Virus record (IMG/VR): IMGVR_UViG_3300020442_004221
Coordinates: 1-53,072 of that record
Length of the DNA stretch: 53,072 nt
Reading direction: 5' to 3' (one strand)
From: a virus
Taxonomy: Duplodnaviria; Caudoviricetes
The translations under genes were made by a program, and so were the position numbers. Below, one piece after another: positions 36,916-46,419 of the stretch; within the stretch, counting starts at the first letter, position 1, and every line of letters starts with the position of its first letter. The notes beneath the pieces are model-generated. The model was not told the DNA's origin. It searched no databases and worked only from the letters and a program-made list of their open reading frames with translations.

Positions 36916-38217
36916 TTAAACCTTTATAATAATTTTTTCTACCCAATCGCCATCTTTAATATGAGGAATAATAACACAATGGTCAGGCTTGCCACTACAA
37001 GAAAATACAGATCTATGTGTATTACTTTTTTTATTAAAGATATTATTATAGTAAGTATTATCTTTTTCTATATGCATATCTTTTCTCCATAATAGATTAT
37101 CGTCTTTATCTTCAAATCCAAAAAACCAAAAATCAAATTCAACATCGTCAGGAACATCTTCGTAGTTCCAAGTTATATCTATAGTATGTTTATTAAGCAT
37201 ACCTTCATGCCATTCTTGTTCTGTCATTATAAATGGCTCAGGCATATCTCTTGCGTCATTGAGCCTAGCCGCATATTTATGAACCCTTCTGTTTTTAAAG
37301 TCTAAACCAGCGTATAGTTCATAATCATGTAAAGATCTCACATTACCTAATCCGTAGTGCTTAAAGTCTAAATTATTAGGGTCCATATTAAATAATGCTC
37401 TTTGTCGTTGCTTGGATCTTTTATCTCTGGTACTAGCTAGTGTGTCAAAGTCAGATATTTTTGTATGATCTCCCCAATGTTTATGTTCACGTTGTCTAAG
37501 GTATTCATGCCAAACAACAGATCTAGTAGGATGAAACATATCATACCCATGAGTATACGCCCTAGCACTAAGTGTTATCTCTTCACCTCTAAAATATAAG
37601 TTAGGATCATATATACATTCTCGAACAAACATACCGGAACTAAAAATAAAATGACCAGACAACAATCTTGCATTAATTAGATTAACATTATTAGCTTTAT
37701 GATTATCGTGCTCGATTATATGTTGAGGTCTAGAAACTATATCTCCATCGTCCGTAAAGGTGTCAAATGTTACAATACGATACGGCTCTTCTATAAGTGG
37801 CTCTGTATCTTCTCTATCCGGCCAATATGTAGTTCCATAAGTTCCAATAATTGGTTTAGATGATGGCGCTTCATCATATAAATTTTTTAAATATTCGTCC
37901 CAGTGCTCTTTAAACCTATGATGTGAATCTAATTGAAAATAATACTCTTCTCCTTCGTATAAAAATTTTTGTATAATATGTCTAGCCCAACAAGCTCCCT
38001 TACTTTTTTGCCAATCGCATTCATAGATTCTAATATTTTCATTATCTATAAATTCTTCTATAGACTCAGATTCATCTTTTTGCCAACAAAGACCTACTCT
38101 TATTAGGTCTGGATATTTAGCTTTAATGAATAGATCTCTCAAGGTAGGCAAAAGCTCAGGATCTCTATATGAAGCTATGCTTACAAATATCAGATTATTG
38201 TTTTGCGTTATTGACAT
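36916..38217 (-). CDS. GT60-family polypeptide alpha-GlcNAc transferase (Gnt1/Skp1-Hyp GlcNAc-transferase-like)
   Basis: IFVSIASYRDPEL, GACWARH, YFQLDSHHRF (DxH), FRGEEITLSARAYTHGYDMFHP, YGLGNVRSL. Confidence 0.85.
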   Translation of the reverse strand: MSITQNNNLIFVSIASYRDPELLPTLRDLFIKAKYPDLIRVGLCWQKDESESIEEFIDNENIRIYECDWQKSKGACWARHIIQKFLYEGEEYYFQLDSHHRFKEHWDEYLKNLYDEAPSSKPIIGTYGTTYWPDREDTEPLIEEPYRIVTFDTFTDDGDIVSRPQHIIEHDNHKANNVNLINARLLSGHFIFSSGMFVRECIYDPNLYFRGEEITLSARAYTHGYDMFHPTRSVVWHEYLRQREHKHWGDHTKISDFDTLASTRDKRSKQRQRALFNMDPNNLDFKHYGLGNVRSLHDYELYAGLDFKNRRVHKYAARLNDARDMPEPFIMTEQEWHEGMLNKHTIDITWNYEDVPDDVEFDFWFFGFEDKDDNLLWRKDMHIEKDNTYYNNIFNKKSNTHRSVFSCSGKPDHCVIIPHIKDGDWVEKIIIKV

Positions 38218-38845
38218 GTTCTTTTAATAAATTTAATGATTGCATATGCTTGACGCTGATATATTTACATTCAGATTTTATAATAAGATTAATATGTTCA
38301 TCAGTCCAGATATCTCCATTAAAAATAGTCTTTATACCTGATTTTTGTTGTAAATATTTAGATGCTATAATGTTATCAAAAATATTATCTAAGAAAAATG
38401 CACTAGAGGGATATATAGTATCAAGCCCATATTCTTGCAGGATAGAGCAAAACTTAACTAAAATATTATGATTATATTTTCTATAATCTAAAATATATCT
38501 AATAGATGTTTCTTCCGGTATAATATCTTTTAATTCTGATATTTCTCTTCTAATTTTATCATACTTTCTATTAACCAATAAGTATGAAGGTGCCACAATA
38601 GAAATAATTCCAGATTTTTTTGATATTTCCTCTATCTTTTTTAATCTAATCGCTATGCTACTTAAACCTAGAGGAAAATCTAAATGGATATTAATTTTAT
38701 TGGGGTGAAAGAAAATCTTAGCTAGTCTATATTGATGTTCATTGATTAATATAGAATTAACAAAATCTGATTCGTGTAGTGATTTGAGGGTTTCTTTCGT
38801 TTCTTGATCATTTAAAAATGAATCAATGTAATATTCTACAAGCAT
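38195..38845 (-). CDS. degenerate DeoC (deoxyribose-phosphate aldolase)-like TIM-barrel protein
   Basis: DFPLG, REISELK and RYILD align with DeoC, but KTSTG is replaced by YPSSA. Confidence 0.55.
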   Translation of the reverse strand: MLVEYYIDSFLNDQETKETLKSLHESDFVNSILINEHQYRLAKIFFHPNKINIHLDFPLGLSSIAIRLKKIEEISKKSGIISIVAPSYLLVNRKYDKIRREISELKDIIPEETSIRYILDYRKYNHNILVKFCSILQEYGLDTIYPSSAFFLDNIFDNIIASKYLQQKSGIKTIFNGDIWTDEHINLIIKSECKYISVKHMQSLNLLKEHVNNAKQ

Positions 38846-39514
38846 TTAATAGTTGTCTTTTAAGTATTTTATAATGTCATCTACATAAGTATATTCATCA
38901 GATCCAAATATACCATCAGCAAATCCATAGTGAATCGATTGTTCCGGAGATAGTATCCAATCAGCTTTATTGTCTAATTGAGAAAGTATATGTTTTTTAG
39001 CGTTTGGTCTTTTCCATTTTTTTTCTTTTAGCATTGGCGATACCATGAACTTATCTGTAAAAATATCCACCATCTTCGACGCTTCTTCTTGTGACCATTT
39101 AAGATTAGAAACTGCAACCTTATGATCTCCATCTACGAATGTACTACCATAATGAATTAAAGTGTAAGCATTTGGCATCATAATTCTTAGATCAGCTGCT
39201 TGTAGTATAATACTACCAGAAGATTCCGCTCTCGAATAAACTATAATAGCTATAGGGGATGGACTCAGTCTAATCGCATCATACATACTCATGCAATCAG
39301 ACCATTCGCCGCCAGGAATATGCATGTGTATGATAATTGGATCAAAAGATGTTTGATTTAAATATCTTAGATTTTTATGTAAGGATACAGCAGATTTAAA
39401 ATCAACACCATTATCTTCATCTCCATACATTGCAGAATGTAGATAAATTTCTCTATTCGTTGGGTCGAGATTGTAATTATGTAAATAATCAATATGATGA
39501 TTAAAGTTTCTCAT
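38846..39514 (-). CDS. clpP: ClpP-like serine protease
   Basis: REIYL, PGGE, AESSGSIILQA (Ser), PNAYTLIH (His), LSPEQSIHYGFAD. Confidence 0.85.
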   Translation of the reverse strand: MRNFNHHIDYLHNYNLDPTNREIYLHSAMYGDEDNGVDFKSAVSLHKNLRYLNQTSFDPIIIHMHIPGGEWSDCMSMYDAIRLSPSPIAIIVYSRAESSGSIILQAADLRIMMPNAYTLIHYGSTFVDGDHKVAVSNLKWSQEEASKMVDIFTDKFMVSPMLKEKKWKRPNAKKHILSQLDNKADWILSPEQSIHYGFADGIFGSDEYTYVDDIIKYLKDNY

Positions 39515-39944
39515 AAAGATTTCCTTGTATGTTTTGCATAATATCCCTGTCTTGAAAGGCTTTACCAATAGCTATACGAAATCTATATCGGGTAAAAATA
39601 TCTAATGTCTCTACACCTTCTGTTGTTTCGATTATATTTTTATATTCTTCTGAAATTGTAAAATTAGTATGACCTATCCAGAACTTAAAGGTTTTAGTGC
39701 ATGCTGTTTGTTCATTGAGAGGTATCATACCCATAGGGGTCATAATGGCTTTAGTGTGGTGTTTAAAAGCCATTAGGTCTTCATCATTTTGATTTAAATT
39801 TTCAGTGTTTTGTTCGTTTTCTTCATACGTATTCCAATTGGCTTCTTCAAAATCAGATGGGTTTATATCTTCTAGTAGCTTTCCTTCTTCTGGAGGTAAT
39901 TCGTATGGATTAATCCATTTTTCCCATAAAATTTTAGGAGTCAT
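39501..39944 (-). CDS. hypothetical protein
   Basis: FWIGHTNF...GVETLDIFTRYRFRIAIGK looks like a conserved block; function unknown. Confidence 0.65.
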   Translation of the reverse strand: MTPKILWEKWINPYELPPEEGKLLEDINPSDFEEANWNTYEENEQNTENLNQNDEDLMAFKHHTKAIMTPMGMIPLNEQTACTKTFKFWIGHTNFTISEEYKNIIETTEGVETLDIFTRYRFRIAIGKAFQDRDIMQNIQGNLYEKL

Positions 39945-40323
39945 GCTTAAGTACTTCCGAAGGTTTAATCCAGGGTGTGTCTGCTGATCTGTTTTTATTG
40001 ACTATATTTTCTAAAATTCTAGTTTGAGCCTCTATATTTGTTATAGTTTCTTTTACAATATCTTTATCTTGCTTATCATCACTATCATATTCTTTTAATA
40101 TTTCTAAAATATCCTTAGCAAAAAAACCATAATTTAAACCTAGCATTAAATTACATAAAGCATTTACTGTTTTAGTTTTATCTTTAGCATTCCATCTAAC
40201 TTCGAAATTATACTCATCGTCATTACTCATAGCTAGAACAATAGAACATAATTCATTTTGTCTTTGTGTATTATCAATATCTTCTGGTTTTGGCTTATTA
40301 AATAGTTTTTGAAATAACTTCAT
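39934..40323 (-). CDS. hypothetical protein
   Basis: 129 aa ORF overlapping both neighbours. Confidence 0.6.
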   Translation of the reverse strand: MKLFQKLFNKPKPEDIDNTQRQNELCSIVLAMSNDDEYNFEVRWNAKDKTKTVNALCNLMLGLNYGFFAKDILEILKEYDSDDKQDKDIVKETITNIEAQTRILENIVNKNRSADTPWIKPSEVLKHDS

Positions 40324-40696
40324 TTATAATACCTAATTCTGTTTGAATTGAAGGATCAAAAATATCGAATGATTTCCAAAATAAATTTGTGCTTTTAATG
40401 CTTAGTTTAGGACAAATACAACCATACAGAAAGTATAGGCTTTTGTCTGAATTCTTAAAAAGTTTAGATATATTAGCATCATTAATACTAATAAATTTAG
40501 GATTAATATATCCATTAGATAATTTATTGTCCATAAAAATATCGCTTGATATATGCTTTTTAACGTTATTTTCTAAATCTTTATAGTTATCTATTTCCCA
40601 GTTGGGCAATTGGATAGAATCCTCTTTTTCTGATAAAATATATTTTTCTTCTTTGTAAAAATCATTGGTAATTAGAGCCACAACAGCATTAATCAT
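40298..40696 (-). CDS. hypothetical protein
   Basis: 132 aa ORF overlapping both neighbours. Confidence 0.55.
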   Translation of the reverse strand: MINAVVALITNDFYKEEKYILSEKEDSIQLPNWEIDNYKDLENNVKKHISSDIFMDNKLSNGYINPKFISINDANISKLFKNSDKSLYFLYGCICPKLSIKSTNLFWKSFDIFDPSIQTELGIINEVISKTI

Positions 40697-41351
40697 TAGT
40701 ATCTAAAACCTCTCTAAGTATACTATATGTTTTATTTAGTCCTTGCCTGACTGCCTCTCTAGTAATATTAAACTTTTTTCCGATATTTTCAAGTGTCATT
40801 TCTTCAAAATAATACATTCTAATATACTCCGCTTGTCTTTCAGACAGTAATTCACTATTTAGTAGATCTTCAATGTCTTTAGTTAAATTACTTTTATTTT
40901 CATTATCTATAACCTGATGCAATATTGAGGAATGAATATCACCTGATAAAATATTATTAAGATTTAATTCATCATCATCATAGTTTTTGTCAAGTGATAG
41001 GTGTTTACTTCTAATAGTATTCTTTTTACCATACTGTCTAGTGATATAACTTTGAATTGCCCAGATCGCACACTGGTTTCTGTAAGAATACTGCGTTTTG
41101 CTCTTGCCAGTTAAAGCTCCTTTGCGGTCTTTATCCCATCTCCAATCAGCCATCATGATACCATTAGCGACATTTGCGATAGCATCTTCACTAGAAAGCA
41201 TTCTTTTAGTAGCCCCTTGGCAAATTTGGTCAGCAAATTTTGCTATATTTTTCTTAGCCAAAGTTAAATAAAAATTCAAACTTTCAAATTTAATATTATC
41301 TTTGTTATTATATTTAGTTTTATACGTACCGATATCTACAATATCTATCAT
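40689..41351 (-). CDS. sigma70-family RNA polymerase sigma factor
   Basis: Region 4 LSERQAEYIRMYYFEEMTLENIGKKFNITREAVRQ; divergent region 2 SYRNQCAIWAI; AGGAGG Shine-Dalgarno before MIDIV. Confidence 0.8.
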   Translation of the reverse strand: MIDIVDIGTYKTKYNNKDNIKFESLNFYLTLAKKNIAKFADQICQGATKRMLSSEDAIANVANGIMMADWRWDKDRKGALTGKSKTQYSYRNQCAIWAIQSYITRQYGKKNTIRSKHLSLDKNYDDDELNLNNILSGDIHSSILHQVIDNENKSNLTKDIEDLLNSELLSERQAEYIRMYYFEEMTLENIGKKFNITREAVRQGLNKTYSILREVLDTND

Positions 41352-41393
41352 ATCAATTCCTCCTAGTAATTCCAAAATCCTATAAATTAAATT

Positions 41394-41807
41394 TTATTTT
41401 TTATCTTTTTCAGTACTTTTTTGTGCTGGTACTGTATTTTTCATACCTTGCTGTTTTGCAGGATCGATGGGTGGGTTTTTAGCTTGTTTATTCTTGCCTT
41501 TACCACATCCACAGCCCGCTGTACTTTTATCGTCATCTACAGGAGCAAACTTTACATAATCATGTATAGTTTTCATGTACTCTTCTGTTACAGCAATTTT
41601 ACCCTGTAGCCAACTTGCTGTCAAGTTCTTTTTTACGTTTGGGTCAGATATTGAATCTAAAATAGATTTTGCATTAGTTAAAATAGATTTTAAAGAACCT
41701 ATATTCATATCAATAAAGTCTTCTTTATATTCTGTAAAGCTTTCTTCATTTGAGGTAGCTGTTTGAATATTTTCTTGAACTTGTGTTAATATTTTTTTAT
41801 ACCTCAT
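41394..41807 (-). CDS. hypothetical protein
   Basis: 137 aa ORF; SWLQGKI, GCGCG. Confidence 0.6.
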   Translation of the reverse strand: MRYKKILTQVQENIQTATSNEESFTEYKEDFIDMNIGSLKSILTNAKSILDSISDPNVKKNLTASWLQGKIAVTEEYMKTIHDYVKFAPVDDDKSTAGCGCGKGKNKQAKNPPIDPAKQQGMKNTVPAQKSTEKDKK

Positions 41808-41810
41808 TGT

Positions 41811-42509
41811 CTACAACTCCTTTTTTAAAGCTTTAAGTTTTAATTTGTTATGTAAATTTTTTAATTTAGGATATAATTTAGAAATTAGTAATTTAGAAGC
41901 ATTGTGATCAGATCTGTAATGAACACCCTGTAACATTCTAGCATAACCACACTGATTAGCTAATTCGAATAATTCCTTTTTGTGATTAGGATAAAAATCT
42001 GCACACACATGAGCTAAAAGGAAAGCATATGCACTGTGTCCAGATGGGTATGCTGGTGTTTGATGTGTTTTAGTTTCAATCACTTTAATATCTATATTTA
42101 ATATTTTGGCAAGTTGTATAGGTCTGGGTCTATTAAAAAAGTTTTTTAAATCTGTAATAATAGTCTTGACGTATTCTTCATATAATGGTTTGAAAATTTT
42201 TACAGGTACTTTGGCTTTATATTGTGTTAAGTAATCATTAAACACATCTATTGGCTCACGGTCTACAGCGTATATGAATTTAATTTGTTTGGGTGTTAAT
42301 TCCTGGGTTATGCGTTCTAATTCTTTTAGATCTAACAAAGTAGATTCACTATTATTCGTAGGAGGAGCAGGAATGAATTTAAAATAATCAAAACCTAATA
42401 CATCTTTTAAATTACTAATAGGGGTTGTGTTGATTTCGTATGTTAAATCATTTGGTACTGATGCCTTGAGCACATGATCAATTTGATTTAATAATTTATA
42501 GTTTTTCAT
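41811..42509 (-). CDS. PAP2-family phosphatase
   Basis: KNFFNRPRP, YPSGH, RMLQGVHYRSD. Confidence 0.9.
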   Translation of the reverse strand: MKNYKLLNQIDHVLKASVPNDLTYEINTTPISNLKDVLGFDYFKFIPAPPTNNSESTLLDLKELERITQELTPKQIKFIYAVDREPIDVFNDYLTQYKAKVPVKIFKPLYEEYVKTIITDLKNFFNRPRPIQLAKILNIDIKVIETKTHQTPAYPSGHSAYAFLLAHVCADFYPNHKKELFELANQCGYARMLQGVHYRSDHNASKLLISKLYPKLKNLHNKLKLKALKKEL

Positions 42510-43153
42510 TTTAAAAGATCTTTTACAGATTTATTGGATTCCCAAAACTTACAAGACCAATACCGAGCCTTCCATTTTGGTCCAGGATTTGTATCACATT
42601 GATGTCTAGCTCTAAAGCTTTTCCTTCTAGCTGGATCATCTCTTTTAATGTCCATGTTAGGATCTCCAAAGTTAACTTTAACAACATTGTCTTTTTCATT
42701 CTTAACATAGACACTAAATTTTTTAGGACCATCAGGAGTTCTGAATGGTTTATTTAAAGTTACTTTACGTCCTTGGTATTCATTAGCTTTAATTAAATAT
42801 CTATCATTTTTTTTGTGAGGTCCAACCCTGTTGTAAAAATATACTTCACCTGTTTTAGGATCTTTATATTTGTATATTTTAGCTTCAGTATATTCTGTTT
42901 CTTCAAGATCTATGTAATCTTTTGCATCTGGGTTGACATAAGTATGCTCATTCAATTCTTCAGTATATCCAAAAGCTTCATATTCGTAAGCTATATTAAA
43001 ATCATCTAATAGCGATCCTTCAGAGGCGTTAGATAAGCACATAGCTAATCTTTGTGATGAATCTGGAAATTCTTTTTTACTTTTTTTATCTGACATGCAT
43101 CTGGATACAAATTTATCTCGTTTTTCTTCAGATCTTCTTTGAGGTAGGGGCAT
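42506..43153 (-). CDS. conserved phage hypothetical protein (basic C-terminal domain)
   Basis: KPFRTPDGPKKFSVYV...FGDPNM...RRKSFRARHQC...ARYWSCKFW, a domain I recall from aquatic phages; N-terminal FVSRCM...QRLAMC motif. Confidence 0.7.
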   Translation of the reverse strand: MPLPQRRSEEKRDKFVSRCMSDKKSKKEFPDSSQRLAMCLSNASEGSLLDDFNIAYEYEAFGYTEELNEHTYVNPDAKDYIDLEETEYTEAKIYKYKDPKTGEVYFYNRVGPHKKNDRYLIKANEYQGRKVTLNKPFRTPDGPKKFSVYVKNEKDNVVKVNFGDPNMDIKRDDPARRKSFRARHQCDTNPGPKWKARYWSCKFWESNKSVKDLLK

Positions 43154-43191
43154 GCGTTATCTCCGAATTGAAAGTATTCTTATATTATATA

Positions 43192-43199
43192 ATACACCA
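43192..43199 (-). promoter_or_regulatory. TGGTGTAT motif, putative phage promoter
   Basis: Intergenic; followed by TATATAATAT. Confidence 0.6.
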
Positions 43200-43210
43200 G
43201 ACATTCTCAC

Positions 43211-44224
43211 TCACAACTCTTTTATGTCCAAAGTTTCGCCTTCTTGGTAGTATTTGACATATTTTTGGTTATTTTTGACATAAACAACTCTTAATGTTTT
43301 GGCGATTCCTTCTGCTGGATCGGAGCATAAATCATTATCAATTTTAATTTCTGTTATACCTTCTTGATATGCTTTTTCTATCGCAGATTTAGCATCTAAT
43401 GATATGCCATACAAGGCTTGAGATATATTGTTTGCATCAAAATCAATATTTAAGCAATTAAAGTATTCATATAATTCATTTATTTTTTTAATGGGATGAA
43501 AAACTGCTTGATTTAATATATTACTATTTTTATATTGCTTTAGAGTATTTAAGCAATATTCTGATTCATATGTAATATGCTTGTTGATAGGTGATATAAG
43601 ATTAGGGTTATTAAAAGTAGATAAGTCGTAATTCTTACAGCTAGATAGTATCGTTCCATATTTAATTTCAGAAAATACATTATTAATTTGAGGATATTTT
43701 TTGATGTTATCTATGATCTCAATAACTGCCTCGTCAGAAAGCATCATACAGCAAATAGGGCTACAAGATGTTAGTTCATGTATTCCGTAAATATTTTTTA
43801 CTATCGGGTTTGTGCTAAATTGTTGAAACCAATGATAATCTTTACGCTGGTCATATGTAAGAGTTTGGGCAGACATTACTCCGTTATGATCGTTTATAGT
43901 GGTAGTATCTACATTTAAGAAATCTAAAATATTCATGTTAGCATATGTATCATGCTCAATAATAATATATTGTTTATATCTCTTTTTTGGGTTAGATAGA
44001 TACCAATACAAGAATAAGTTATCACAGCACCACCACATTTCTTTACCGGACCATTCGGATATATGTTTTCTACCTAAAAAATCATAATAATAATTAAGGT
44101 AATCGTGTTGACTAGATGTATACACATCGCAGCCTTCGCTATGATCTAAAATGCTTTGATAATTTATAGCGGTTAAATTATCCTTGGTACCATGAATAAA
44201 TATTATAGCTACTTGATTACTCAT
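43211..44224 (-). CDS. glycosyltransferase-like protein with a C-terminal DPxxGxxKxL beta domain
   Basis: IIEHD, FHPIK; ALYG...DPAEGIAKTLRVVY. Confidence 0.45.
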   Translation of the reverse strand: MSNQVAIIFIHGTKDNLTAINYQSILDHSEGCDVYTSSQHDYLNYYYDFLGRKHISEWSGKEMWWCCDNLFLYWYLSNPKKRYKQYIIIEHDTYANMNILDFLNVDTTTINDHNGVMSAQTLTYDQRKDYHWFQQFSTNPIVKNIYGIHELTSCSPICCMMLSDEAVIEIIDNIKKYPQINNVFSEIKYGTILSSCKNYDLSTFNNPNLISPINKHITYESEYCLNTLKQYKNSNILNQAVFHPIKKINELYEYFNCLNIDFDANNISQALYGISLDAKSAIEKAYQEGITEIKIDNDLCSDPAEGIAKTLRVVYVKNNQKYVKYYQEGETLDIKEL

Positions 44225-45305
44225 ATAGATACTGAATCATTTGACTAGCGGTGTGATTCCAGCTAAATTGAGATGCTGTTTTAACACCCTCGGCGTTATC
44301 TATAATACGATTTTTGTATACATATTTCATATGCTCTATGCATTGATCTATGGCATCAGTTGTTAAGCTTGCCCAACGACCTCTACCATGAAAAAATTTA
44401 CCGTCAACAGCATCTTCCAAAGTATTTACGTCTACCAAATAACTGTTTTTATTATTCGCATATTGCGTATGGCCAGAATAATTTGTTAGTATAATTGGTT
44501 TATTCATAGACATAGTCTCTAATGCTTCATTATTCCATCCCTCAGCTCTTGCTGGATAAATGCCACAATTAGAAAGTTTAATTAACTTAGCAATATGCTC
44601 TTGTGTTGGAAGACGGGGAAATATACGTATTTTATCTCCAAGTTTACTATTTTTGTACATTTTTTCCCAATGTTTATTTTCTTTTTCAGATAAAAAAGCA
44701 TTACTATTAAGCATCCATAGTTCTACATCATCATTTTCACTAAAAGCTTTATTGAAAATATGTACCAAAAGATCATGACCTTTTCTAATTTCCCATTTAC
44801 CTATATTTAAAAAGATATATTTATCTTTATCTACATCAGCTTCGTCTATCTTAATATCTGGAGTAAATACATCTCTATCGACTCCAGAGGGAGCTATCTT
44901 GATCTTGTTTTCATCCAACCCATTATCAATTAAAACATCTTTTGCCCAAGATGTAGGAGCAAAAATGATATCAGATATACTATATGAGGATATCTCTTCT
45001 TTAGCTAATTTATCAACTTCAAAAAAACTATAAGTACTATATAATCCTTTATTGCAAGGTTTAATGCTTAAATCAGAAGGATGCCAGATTTTTAAGCATG
45101 GATTTTGCAATGATTCAGAATTGTATTCCTGTTGCTTATAAATGTCTCTAAGTAAACTTTCTTTGTCCCATTGTTGTTCTACATACATATCATGAATTAA
45201 AAATAAAGTTATATCTAATTTCTTGCTAAGTGCTTTCCACACGTTATAAGAGGTAATTCCATAGCCCATATTATTTATAGGGCAATTAAGGCTTATTTTT
45301 TTCAT
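44217..45305 (-). CDS. GT4-family glycosyltransferase
   Basis: GYG, GVD, GKWEIRKG, PARAEGWNNEALETMS, FSW. Confidence 0.85.
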   Translation of the reverse strand: MKKISLNCPINNMGYGITSYNVWKALSKKLDITLFLIHDMYVEQQWDKESLLRDIYKQQEYNSESLQNPCLKIWHPSDLSIKPCNKGLYSTYSFFEVDKLAKEEISSYSISDIIFAPTSWAKDVLIDNGLDENKIKIAPSGVDRDVFTPDIKIDEADVDKDKYIFLNIGKWEIRKGHDLLVHIFNKAFSENDDVELWMLNSNAFLSEKENKHWEKMYKNSKLGDKIRIFPRLPTQEHIAKLIKLSNCGIYPARAEGWNNEALETMSMNKPIILTNYSGHTQYANNKNSYLVDVNTLEDAVDGKFFHGRGRWASLTTDAIDQCIEHMKYVYKNRIIDNAEGVKTASQFSWNHTASQMIQYLYE

Positions 45306-45306
45306 A

Positions 45307-46419
45307 TTATTTTTCATATATCCTATTATGTGTATTATTAACTCTAATAAAAGTTGTATTCTTTCCCATATCTTTTAGACTCTTAGCACCGATGTATGTA
45401 CAGCAACTCCTCAAGCCACCTAGAATGTCCATAAGAACATTTTCTGTTTTACCTTTATATGGTATGCTTACACACCTACCTTCACTAGTTCGGTAGTCAG
45501 CAACTCCACCAGTATGTTTATTCATTGCTTCTTTACTACTCATACCATAAAATTTTAGAGATACTTTTCTTTTTTCTGTAGGATATTTAGGATCAAAAGG
45601 TTGCCACCATTCTTTATTACTTCTATCGTCTTCCCCTAAAGTCTTACATCTCCATTCATACTGCCATTCTCCCGAACAACAATCTGTTCCTGCCAGCATT
45701 CCACCTAACATTACAAAATCAGAATTACCACAAAATGCCTTGCATACATCTGCTGGCGTAGTACATCCACCATCGCTGCATACGTGACCTCCTACACTAT
45801 GAGCAGCGTCAGCACATTCTATCACAGCAGATAGTTGAGGATAACCAATACCTGTTTTAAGTCTTGTAGTACACACACTACCTGATCCTATACCTATCTT
45901 GACTATATCAACACCTCCATGAAATATTAGTTCTTCTGTCATTTCTGGAGTCACTACATTTCCCGCCATAATAATAATATCAGGATACCATTCTCTAATT
46001 TTTTTAATTGTAGATACAAATTTTTCGTTATATCCGTTAGCTACATCAATACATAAATTAGGTTTATTTTGTAAGTTATCGTACACAGTACTTAGTTTTT
46101 CTATATCTGGTTCAGATATTCCCGTAGAATAAAAAGCATACTGCTTATTGGAGGAAAAATATTTGATTAATTCTTGACTCTTGTAATGCTTGTGTAAACA
46201 AGTTATGCAATCAAAACTAGAAAGTGTATCCTCCATTTCCATAGAGCCTGTAGTATCCATATTTGCAGCTATAATAGGTACACAATTTAGTTCTCTCGTA
46301 GAGTGAGGAAATTTAAAAACTCTATTTAAATCTACCTGCGACCTACTAGATATATTAGATCTTTTAGGTTTAATCAAAACATCACTAAAATCTAACTTAG
46401 TATCTTGAGTAATTTTCAT
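45307..46419 (-). CDS. guaC: GMP reductase
   Basis: LDFSDVLIKPKRS, AANMDTTG, DVANGY, GSVCTTR, FYGMSS, YRTSEG; no CBS domains. Confidence 0.93.
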   Translation of the reverse strand: MKITQDTKLDFSDVLIKPKRSNISSRSQVDLNRVFKFPHSTRELNCVPIIAANMDTTGSMEMEDTLSSFDCITCLHKHYKSQELIKYFSSNKQYAFYSTGISEPDIEKLSTVYDNLQNKPNLCIDVANGYNEKFVSTIKKIREWYPDIIIMAGNVVTPEMTEELIFHGGVDIVKIGIGSGSVCTTRLKTGIGYPQLSAVIECADAAHSVGGHVCSDGGCTTPADVCKAFCGNSDFVMLGGMLAGTDCCSGEWQYEWRCKTLGEDDRSNKEWWQPFDPKYPTEKRKVSLKFYGMSSKEAMNKHTGGVADYRTSEGRCVSIPYKGKTENVLMDILGGLRSCCTYIGAKSLKDMGKNTTFIRVNNTHNRIYEK

